From Bispira polyomma (lineage: Eukaryota): a DNA stretch of 64,000 nucleotides. Numbering within the stretch: the first letter of the stretch is position 1; the number at the start of each line of letters is the position of its first letter. Location of the stretch: positions 47,306,001-47,370,000 of the forward strand of contig OZ287757.1 of NCBI GenBank assembly GCA_965649765.1. Reading direction: 5' to 3'. The notes under the pieces were generated by a model. That model was given only the letters and a program-made list of their open reading frames with translations. It did no database searches and was not told where the DNA came from. Positions 23,208 through 33,954 of the stretch are shown in pieces. The position numbers and the translations under genes are program-made.

Positions 23208-26200
23208 TTAGATAATAACATACTAATCCTGAAATCTCTCAATTATGCAGTTAGCAGCTAAAACTATGAAAATGGGGCCTTTTTGAAAAGAAGTAGCATT
23301 GTAGCTCTGTTGGATAGATGTATAATATAGATCTTGCCATTATGTATTGTGTGATTATAGTTTTAAATGCATATTGCACGGTAAAGTCAATTTGTTGTGC
23401 CAACAGTGTATCATGTGTCTCATGTGTATCCTATGCGTGTAAATCATGTGATGCTTATATCAACTAAAATAAGTCAAAGCAAAACAATATGTAAGGCACA
23501 ACCCATGACAAACCAGGGACATACAGGAATTTGTTTGAAAGGAACAAAACCATAGCTATAATCGCCTCTGTCCGCCTCTAGCCGCTTTTAACCCCCTATA
23601 ACCGTTGGTGAAATATTTGCTGACGGTCGAGCATAGTGATAGATAGTTAGAAGTGGTTACAGATGCGGTTACATATGCGGTTAAGCTACAGTCTGAGTTA
23701 TATATCTATGATGTAAACACATTGACAACTGAATTATAAATAATTTGAAACTTCCCAATTTCTAGATACCAGTTATAGAACCGTCCCCAACCTTCTACCA
23801 CCTCCCATCACCGAGAAAGAAACTTATGTCACCATTGATTTCTGTAACTCTTCTGAGTCCTTATCCTTTTCGACCTAACATTACCTTGTGTAACCTTAAC
23901 TCTGCCGTGTTAAACTGTTATGGTACTTGGAGACACTGTATAAAGGTTGGGTCACCCAATATGTGCTAACTGTGCAAACTATAATGTGTTGAAATAGAAG
24001 TGGCATCTTATGTACTAATAACAGTAAGGTTGGGTCATATCGGTTACTGAAATTTACCCTGAGGCTCATTTATCTACACTGTAACACAACTGAAGAAATA
24101 CCTTGCCAAACAGTATCACCACTGAGGCGTAATCGTCCCAAAGCTCATTTGCTTATTTCCAGGTGATATGAGAGGAAGGTTACAGAAGGTACGTAACCTT
24201 CTATAACCTTTTACTACCACAAACAATATCTGCAATGTCTGACTGGGGCATAAGAAAAGGAAAACACATTAAAAATATAAATACAATACAATGTATCAAC
24301 AGTACAAAACAAAAACTTTAACATCTGAAAAGTCGATTTATGGGGGTGTTAGGTCATTCACCAAGAATGTGCCCTTCGGCTTTTCGTCTAAGTATGCATC
24401 AGATATATTCAATTACATATATATTTGCAGTTTATAGATTCATCTTCCGCACTAACTGTTTAAAGTTTTACACCTTTATTTGCCACTGTTGGAGGTGAAG
24501 TTCCAATAATAACGGTTAAACTTTTGTACTTTGAGGACCATTGTTTTGTAGCCACTTCAGGATTGACACAAAATAGAGATTTCTGGAAAATCCCATTCAG
24601 GGGCATGTGGTCAGCTTTTACCTGTATCCTGTCTCGGTCAACCAAATCCTCTCCAAAATAGAGATCTTATTGGGTATCAAGATAGTGAATCAATTTGAAT
24701 CATTAAAACAAAATATAATAAATATTGATTATGATTTGAAAACATTATAACCAGGATGCCCTCGTCTATGAATTTATCAAACAGAAACCAATGAACAAAG
24801 GCTTCATATCAAAGGCTTCATATGTATGCAGCATATGTACACATGACTAAATAAACATCTGTAATTCTAAACATCAGTCAGTGTATTTGCTTAATCTGAA
24901 GTTGATTTCCCAAAGAAAATTTAACCTCATCCTTTCCAATTTCTAATTTTATGATAGATTGCGACCTCAGTTGTGTAGTAGTAAGACACTCACCTCCTAT
25001 CTCTGCCGTCATGGGTTTGAATCTTAGCGCTGGTCAGTATGCTAGCTGAAGGCTGCTTTTGACACAATTGATCACAGCACACTTCTTGAATGGTTGTCAT
25101 CATGGTATGGTTTCCATGGCACTTTCTTAAAATTGTTTACTTCATATCTCTCAGATCGATTCAAAGTAGTTAATATAGGCTTGGCTCTGTCAGACATACA
25201 TATTAACTGGAGTTGCAAAATAAACTTTATTTTCACAAAAATAAATAATATTTTAACAAAAATAAATAATATTTAATAGCAATTATTCCCAAACTCAATA
25301 ATATCAGACTGCCCGACAGTTTTTAAGCAAACATACAGTTAATGGAACATACTGGGTGCTTTATATGGATTTGAAACATTGCGCAAAAGCCATGTTTCCC
25401 GGTGATGTACATCGATGATGCAAATTTTAGAAGTGATAATACAAAATCCTTATTAATATGGAGGAATGCTAGAGCATTATGGTTAAAACTATAACATTGG
25501 TTTTATAGTAACTTTTACTTTACAGAGTATGGCAGTTATAAAATTTAAATATTTAAATTTGTATATACAGATATGATATATTTTTAAAAACTTGTAAACA
25601 AAATATCTCAAAACTGCTCTTTAGACGCATTTTGTTAGACTTTGTAAAGGGAATATATAAGTGAGTATTATATAAAAATATCTAACAACATCTCAGTTCA
25701 ATCTTATGACCATTGATATTTTTGTTTTTCAAACGTAATTTATCAAACGTTTGACATTCCGATTCATTAAACGGTCTCAAAAGTTCTTTCATCCAAAAAA
25801 AAAACAAAAAAACCAACTCCAGACTATTAGCTGATTGCGTGTTGACTCAAAATCATGTCATTCTGTCTGTTTTGGCATGTGACACATAGCTTAGACCTGC
25901 CATAATAGATCACTAAAAAAAATCTGGGAAATATCTGTTTTCAAATCCATCAAATTCAGTAATATCTGTTGGACACAGATTCAGGTTTATTGCAGCAAAA
26001 TTGTTTGCCGATTTTGTATATTTTGTTAGCCTGTAAACCCTCTAGATCTGTATTACATGATAAACATAGAAAATGTTTGTCACAAGATAGTATCTCTTAT
26101 TATCACCTGTGATATTAGCTGAGTTGTAAAATAATTTTGATGGACTTTTTGAGGAAAAAATCTGTTTAAGATTTTCTGCTCTGCAAACTACCAGCCTTCA

Positions 26201-27643
26201 GCAAGTCTACTGCACAACAAGGGCCAAAGATTTGAATTCACAATAGCAGAGTTAGCGTTGACTTAATAGTATTTCAGGTACTCTCCATCAAAAATAAAGA
26301 ATTTAGTTGGGTTTTATGTCACTTTCAACAGCATATGGATATCATGATGGCCAGATGCAGCAGTGAATAAAACCAGTGCTGAAGACACTGTAAACCACTG
26401 AACGTACAGCAAGTACCTGACAAATTTTTCCCACATGAAAGAATGAACAGTGATTGCGGCCCTTCCACCGAAATAGGGAAGCTGTATTCCATATTATTGC
26501 AGAAAGTTTTCACGTATTTTCTAAAGGTTTACCTGCCAGTATGTTCTTGTGAAAATGATAAGCTTAGAAAATATTTGTCATGTGATAGTATGTATTATTA
26601 TCACCTGTGATATTAGCTGGCTTTGATAAGAGTTTTGATAGACGTTTTAAAAAGAATGCAGACCAGGGTTAATTTGTTATATTTTCATCAACAATATATT
26701 TCTTAATATGTGTTTAATTCAATTTTTCCAACAAAACTCCATTTTTCCTGCTCGAACCCTATTGGTAAAAAAAAAATGAATATTTTATCATACAAAAGTC
26801 AGTTACTTGTATTCTAAAAGTAAAATTTTATCTACAAAGTAGGTAAGCATTTTTCGAGAATATGATATGCCACAATTTGGATTCAAGTAAGTGTAAAACC
26901 CAAAAAAGGATCTAAATCTAAGTAATCGCTCGTTAAAGAATACTACCTCTCTTCCACAATCATGAACATCCATCCCCACACACAAGTAATACACTTAATA
27001 GGTATAACCATTCCACTATTCCATTTATAACTTATAATTTTCACCAAAGCTTACATCATTTAAAGTGATATCCAATTTAAGCTACTTTACTGTGTCATTT
27101 TTTAAATCATAGAAATACTACTATTAAAGTAATTGATTGATGGATTGGCTTGTTTCTTATACGACATAAGCACTTATGCCATGCTATGTGTTTACTAGTA
27201 TTATATGGAAAGCATTTAAGGAAAGATTCCCCTAACCAACAGCCTTAACTTCTTCAAATGATAAAAAACGATGTTTTATGTAATTATATGCCTATAAACT
27301 ACCTTCTAAACACACTTAAATCTAAAAAGATCTAAATTTCTTTTTTTTTTCTTTTTTTTTTCTTTTTTAAGGCATGGTAATTAATATTTTTAGGCTTGTA
27401 ACTTACACTGTGTCTTAAATTAAGAGGGACGCTCCTTATATTGTTAGGGGTAATATTGATTTAACAACTCACTGTCTTCTACTACTGCAGATAATCTTAT
27501 ATAAGTTAGACTTCTGCCTAGTTATGCACATATTTTCAGAAGGGGACTTTGCCAATCGCCTGTTAAGAGTCTGCTGAGGAACAGTTTAACTGAATCTGCT
27601 GAGGAGAAGTGTAACTGAATCTGCTGAGGAGAAGAGAAGAACC

Positions 27644-27958
27644 ATGCATCAGATGCTATTACTACTCTTGTTTCTTCCCGCTGCTGTGGCCCTTGGTAGG
27701 CCAGCGCCCCTTGGTAGCCCAGAGCCCTTTGGTAGCCCAGCACCCTTTGGTAGCACAGCACCCCGTGGTAGCCCAGAGCCCTTTGGTAACCCAGCGCCCT
27801 TTGGTAGCACAGCGCCCCGTGGTAGCCCAGAGCCCTTTGGTAGCCCAGTGCCCTTTGGTAGCACAGCGCCGCGTGGTAGCCCACCGACCCTTGGTAGCAC
27901 AGCCACGTGCAACACAGAACAGGACAGCTACTCTGTGACCGTGATACAAAATGCTACA
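27644..27958 (+). CDS. Secreted repeat/Cys-rich protein, copy 2, exon 1
   Basis: MHQMLLLLLFLPAAVA plus 12 hexapeptide units; donor ACA|gttaaat. Confidence 0.8.
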
Positions 27959-28946
27959 GTTAAATCTGTTTTAATATGAATTCTAGTTATCTTGTAGTTA
28001 ATGTCTTTTGAAGTACCAAACTTTTAAACCAGGGGTGGTATTCTCGGCAAAAGTGACAATTCATTAATTACTTCCATGTCAAGTATTTGTCTTCATTTTT
28101 TTTTTGGCTTAATGAGACCCACGTGTAATATTCTCGATGAAATGTTTATTATTACTTATGGTGTAGAATAAAAACTTGCTAAGAATTCAAGTGAGAAAAC
28201 TAACATGCTCCGTTAAATGGTACTATATTCATTTTAGCACAAAAAGTTAGAGCTGAGGAAAATGGACTGTAATAAGTATATTTAACAAGTAAAAAGAAAA
28301 GTGTTGATTCTAAATGAAACAAAAAAGCAAGTGGAGTTAATTTCTCTTTTCATGAGAACAGCACTTTACTTACTAAAAGCCTGGTTACACCTACACGTGC
28401 TGGAGCTACATGTGTGTGACGTTTTGAACTGTCTTGAAACGTAGTAAAAGGTAATGCAAAAGTGAGGATCCCTGCCACGTTCGTTCTGTGATGTTGCTTA
28501 AACGTCACCATTTAGTCCAATGCCATGATTACTTCAAACTGTTTGAAATAATCGTGGTAGAGCTCTCCATTTCTTGAGGACATCTCCACTCATCTGTATA
28601 AGTAGCATAACATAGCAGTAAGAAGCAGTAAGTTACAGCAGGTAGTAGTAGGTAGTATCACATCTGTATTCGTCGTGGAACGTTTCACCAAATAACAGAA
28701 CGCAACCAAACGCAGCAGTAAGTAGCAGTACAGTAGCTCTACGTAGTAGTAGGCAATGATATCCTACCAGTAATGTGTTCGATTTATGCCCCCGCTCCGT
28801 GTGTATAAGTACCAACATCATCATTGGACAGGTAATATTTACACTAGAGTCTTTTGTTAGTCGTGATATATTTGACCCTCAAAATATCACAGAAAAATTA
28901 TAAAGCTTAATGTACATTGAATGGTCTGGAAATCTCACAAGCATGC

Positions 28947-29728
28947 TAAAACATCAAGACTTTATTGCTATTAAAGTACAAATATCAGGACTTTATTGCT
29001 ATTAAAGTACAAATAACAGGACTTTATTGCTATTAAATTACAACATCAGGACTTTATTGCTATTATAAGTACAAACATCAGAACTTTATTGCTATTGTAA
29101 GTACAAACATTAGGACTTTATTACTATTAAAGTACAAACATCAGGACTTTATTACTATTAAAGTACAAACATCAGGACTTTATTGCTATTAATGTACAAA
29201 CATCAGGACTTTATTGCTATTAAAGTACAAATATCAGAACTTTATTGCTATTAAAGTACAAACATCAGGACTTTATTGCTATCATAAGTACAAACATCAG
29301 GACTTTATTACTATTAAAGTACAAACATCAGGACTTTATTGCTCTTAAAATACAAACATCAGGACTTTATTGCTATTATAAGTACAAACATCAGGACTTT
29401 ATTGCTATAAAAATAGAAATATCAGCACTTTATTGCTATTATAAGAACAAACATCAGGACTTTATTGCTATTAAAGTACAAACATCAGGACTTTATTGCT
29501 ATTAAAGTACAAACATCAGGACTTCATTGCTATTAAAGTACCAACATCAAGGCTTTATTGCTATTAAAGTACAAACATCCGGACTTTATTGCTATTAAAG
29601 TACAAACATCAGGACTTTATTGCTATTAAAGTACAAACATCAGGACTTTATTGCTATTAAAGTATAAATTTCAGGACTTTATTGCTATTAAAGTACAAAC
29701 ATCAGGACAAATATCGGGACATAATTGC
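28947..29728 (+). repeat. 31-bp minisatellite, ~25 units
   Basis: Direct tandem repeats. Confidence 0.95.
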
Positions 29729-30058
29729 CATTATCTTACACCAGCTGTCTAATACTTGGGTATGACATGAGCCCTTTGTGACAGTCTCATAGATAGTTTG
29801 TACAAAACATGACACACAGGAGAGGTGTATGGCCAACAAGGATTGGTTGAAAGCAAATGACCCTGCAAAACTGAGGGGTGTCAGCTTGATAGTATCAGGT
29901 GCTATCTGATATTGCCGCCATGTTGGAAGTAATATGTAAGGCTTTCATGGATTGGTTGGAAGCAATCGACCTAGCTAAACTGATAGGTATCAGATTAATA
30001 TTTATCACACTGCTCACCTGTGTCTTTTTACAAATCTTGTTTTCTCTGGTATTTTCAG

Positions 30059-30122
30059 CTGACTTGTGCTTTGGAAAAGTTGTCAGGTTGTGGTGAAATC
30101 ATACTGACTGAAGAGGAAAAAG
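30059..30122 (+). CDS. Secreted repeat/Cys-rich protein, copy 2, exon 2
   Basis: LTCALEKLSGCGEIILTEEEK; splice sites conserved. Confidence 0.7.
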
Positions 30123-30489
30123 GTATTTGGTAGTATTTGTAATACGCTACAGTCAGTCTGTGTGGTCAATAATGTGCTTCTAGTACCCTGATAACGGTTA
30201 AAAGTTAACTGTACATGTCTAGGTTTCGAATCCGGTTATCACCCCATATAATGAGGTCTCACCTGACTACAATTTGCTCACCACAAGCCTGGGTTCTCAC
30301 ACCTCTCCACCAGTTGTTCACTCTCCACTCTCTGAAGAAGCATATATACTATCAATGCTGCCACACATGGGGCAATGATTATAACACTGCCCATTACAGG
30401 CAATCTACCCATGCATTCACCTTCTTTTTAAGGGAAGAAGTCAATGTAAAAACAGATTTATTAAAATGTTGTTAATAGTTACAACGTTA

Positions 30490-31153
30490 CATTGTTATAC
30501 ATTAAGTATTACTACATTGTTACACATCAAGTATTAATAAATTCAATTATTAATACATTGCTACACATCAAGTATTATATATAGCTACACATCTAGTATT
30601 AATATATTGCTATACATCAATCATTAATATATTGCCACACATCAAGTATTAATATACTGCTACACATCAAGTATTAATACATAGCTACACATCAATTAAT
30701 AATACATAGCTACACATCAAGTATTAATACATAGCTATACATCAAGTATTAATACATAGCTACACATCAAGTATTAATACATAGCTATACATCAAGTATT
30801 AATACACAGCTACACATCAATTAATAATACATAGCTACACATCAAGTATTAATACATAGCTATACATCAAGTATTAATACATAGCTACACATCAAGTATT
30901 AATACATAGCTATACATCAAGTATTAATACACAGCTACACATCAAGTATTAATACATAGCTACACATCAAGCATTAATACATAGCTATACATCAAGTATT
31001 AATACACAGCTACACATCAAGTATTAATACATAGCTACACATCAAGTATTAATACATAGCTATACATCAAGTATTAATACATAGCTACACATCAAGTATT
31101 AATACATAGCTATACATCAAGTATTAATACATTGCTACACAACAAGTATTAAT
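30490..31153 (+). repeat. 25-bp minisatellite, ~26 units
   Basis: Direct tandem repeats; tac/tat variants alternate in a 50-bp higher-order pattern. Confidence 0.95.
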
Positions 31154-31430
31154 CCTGTCTGACAAGTTATCCGACCTTGTGTCTCAGTCAACTTCATAAC
31201 TGATCGAGTGTTTTTGGTCTAACATTGGCCAAAATAGTAAGTTATTGGCACCCAAATAATCACCATATAGTCTAGAGTAATGTTTTACACAGGCCACACT
31301 AGGCTCAAAAGGACAAACTTGTGTGGAAATCGATTTGATGTGATTTAGGTATAACATCGCTTTCAACATATTTTATAGGTCATATCACAACATGCAATAT
31401 ATACTAGTTGGTCAATGTTGTACACTCTAA

Positions 31431-31537
31431 GCCAGTGACCATCGGCAAGTAAATGCCAAATTTTCCACTTACAGCCCTGGCCGAGATTCAAACTGGGACC
31501 TCAGAGGTTGGAGGTCTGTGTGTTAGCACTGCGCCAC
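31431..31537 (-). mobile_element. tRNA-derived SINE 5' part (copies 2 and 3 only)
   Basis: Minus strand gtggcgcagtgctaa (A box) ... agtttgaatctc (B box). Also at ~61412-61518. Confidence 0.6.
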
Positions 31538-31941
31538 TAAGGCCCTACACTTTTTGTGGAGTACCTTGTGTGGAGTACATTGTCCAAGGCTACAATCTCC
31601 AACCCAATTTAATATTACTCGTTCACCTTCGAACACAGCGGATAGAATCAACCCTTCCCTTGCTTTTCTAGGATCCACAGTAGTGTACTTGCTAACCGAA
31701 TTGAGAAAACGAGAAAAACACTAAATAGAATCCCACTACAGTTAAACCCACTACAGTTAAATCCCAAAAGTTGTTGTTTAATGTTCATACAATCTTATAT
31801 GTCTGTGTGGAACTATTCTGGAAGTCACTGCATAACTTGTATTTGGTGGTACTTATACTTAACGTTAAACCCTTACAATATAACACTATAGACTGATAGT
31901 CAGGAGAACTACTTCTAAAGTCCACTGTGTCTAGTATATTT

Positions 31942-32152
31942 TGATAGTCACTGCATTAAGCATGGCTTCTCAGTCGCAGAAATTTCATATATTACAGTAA
32001 TGCTGATAAACAATTTGTTTACTGAGACAGCAGCCTATTAGAACACTTACTGATAGCCAATAGCAGGCTGGTTCACTCAGGCATTTTGCCGCCCTTTCTA
32101 TTGTGAGGGCATTGCAAAACTAGAAGTTGAATAAGCAACAACTAAAATTTTG
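31942..32152 (+). repeat. Ngaro split direct repeat A1 (211 bp)
   Basis: Identical by eye to 37691-37901. Confidence 0.95.
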
Positions 32153-32340
32153 AAAGAAACGACGCCATCTTGTCAATAGAAAAAAGTTGGCAAGATTCAG
32201 AAGAGTTTTACAAGTTTTAGTGTTTTATTAATTTACTTATACATCTTATACCATTTTATTTTATACACAAGTGTTTATCATATACAAGGAGGGTGTTAAA
32301 CGGATTATTACATTGTTGTGAACAAATCCTATGACTCATC

Positions 32341-33792
32341 ATGGGCAGAGGTAAGAAGCGTCAACCTGCTACAAGCATAGCTTCGTGTTCTCGATGTGAC
32401 ATCTCACATACCAGACCTGTTGGGAGCAGATGTAAACGTCAATTAGTGTCGGACGAAATAGGAGGCTTGCAGAGCGATTCCGTAACTACACAAGACCACG
32501 AAACTTCGATAAGCATGAGCGAATCTGGCACAGCCGTAAGTAGTGATTCTTTCTACCGGGACGCGTTTCATGAACAACAGTCCATGATGAATAACATTTT
32601 AAAAACAGTGTCAAAATTACAAGAAGATATGTCCGCCCTGAAAGAAAATAAAACCCGCTTATGTCCCATGAGTCCTGACAAAACTACAGCTGAATCAGAT
32701 CAACAAGGTTCAGGTCCACTGATCCGACAGAAGTTTAATAGGCAGTGCAGAAGTAGCACACAAGGGCGTACACAGCCTCAGGGTACACTTCGCAGAGATT
32801 CTCGTCTACCGATTCCAGATTTCTACAATGACGTACCTCCACATTCACATAACCGTGCACAGAATACACCTCAGTCAGCAGCATTACTACCCACACCAAG
32901 CATCGTGTCTCAGGGGCAGAACCTATTCAATACGACGTCTCAGAGACTGCTTCCAAGTGAACAAGGTCCACAACAAGCGGGTTGCACAGGTCTTCAACCA
33001 CATCACAACACGACTGCACACAATGCCTTCTCACAACAAGCGTCAAACCACACACAAAGAGCAATGCAAGATTCGATCATCCCATCTACAGACGTACTTC
33101 GGCAGTCCTCGTTAATACAAAACGAAGTAAGCAGACGATTGGCCCAGTATGACAGTTGGTCAAGCAGCGACTACATTCAGGGTAAGTCAACTAAGAAAAA
33201 GTCGGGAAGGTACAACATTTCAGAAGTTTGCATATCCGACCCAATAGTACGTTGGCCGAATGAGGGAAATTTAGCGGGGGTCTCAAAGAAACGTATCGCA
33301 TACGATGAACTCACAGTAGCACAATTTGGCGCGGGTCAAATTCAGAACATTTTACAAGTTCAAAACCAGGTCATAGCGACAGCTATGCTAAAACAGCTAG
33401 GTGATTCATTAAGAGACAGTGCCAACCTATCCTGGCAAGTCGCGCGGGGCGCATACGCCTGTAGTATGCACGATGTGGAAGAGGGAAGGCTGTGTTGGAC
33501 GGATGAACACAAATGGGCGATGAATCGCCTGTCCTACTCCCAAACGTTGATTTCAAATCCATCCGGAGCATCAAATTCCACTAACGCGTCTGGTAACAAA
33601 CCCGAGATTCCATGTCGACATTTTCAAAAGAACACTTGTCAGCACAAAGGTGACCACGAGGGCCACTCAACCGTCTTCAAGCACATCTGTGCTAATTGTT
33701 TCCGCATTTCCAGACGACAGAATCCCCATCCGGAAACCAAGTGTTTCAAAATACATGGGAAACCAGAGGTCAACACGACGCACACTCAATAG
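32341..33792 (+). CDS. gag: Ngaro ORF1, Gag-like (483 aa)
   Basis: N-terminal CxxCxxxH..C motif; C-terminal Cys/His fingers (CRHFQKNTC...H, HICANC...H...C). Confidence 0.9.
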   Translation: MGRGKKRQPATSIASCSRCDISHTRPVGSRCKRQLVSDEIGGLQSDSVTTQDHETSISMSESGTAVSSDSFYRDAFHEQQSMMNNILKTVSKLQEDMSALKENKTRLCPMSPDKTTAESDQQGSGPLIRQKFNRQCRSSTQGRTQPQGTLRRDSRLPIPDFYNDVPPHSHNRAQNTPQSAALLPTPSIVSQGQNLFNTTSQRLLPSEQGPQQAGCTGLQPHHNTTAHNAFSQQASNHTQRAMQDSIIPSTDVLRQSSLIQNEVSRRLAQYDSWSSSDYIQGKSTKKKSGRYNISEVCISDPIVRWPNEGNLAGVSKKRIAYDELTVAQFGAGQIQNILQVQNQVIATAMLKQLGDSLRDSANLSWQVARGAYACSMHDVEEGRLCWTDEHKWAMNRLSYSQTLISNPSGASNSTNASGNKPEIPCRHFQKNTCQHKGDHEGHSTVFKHICANCFRISRRQNPHPETKCFKIHGKPEVNTTHTQ

Positions 33793-33954
33793 GACGGGAA
33801 ACCGCATACAGACACCACTGCTGCACGCATAACTCAAACATCTCGGAGAGGCACAGAATGGGACACAAGTATCCAGCATGATGACTTTGAGCATAAGTAT
33901 AAAATTGAAGGGAAAGACGTTGAGATATATTTTAATGAGTTAGGTAACAGTTCT

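Noticed and set aside
22858-23261. 113-117 aa ORFs (also 648-899 and 52441-52844)
   Set aside because: They lie in the non-coding subterminal region and TIR of the Harbinger element, mostly with non-ATG starts.
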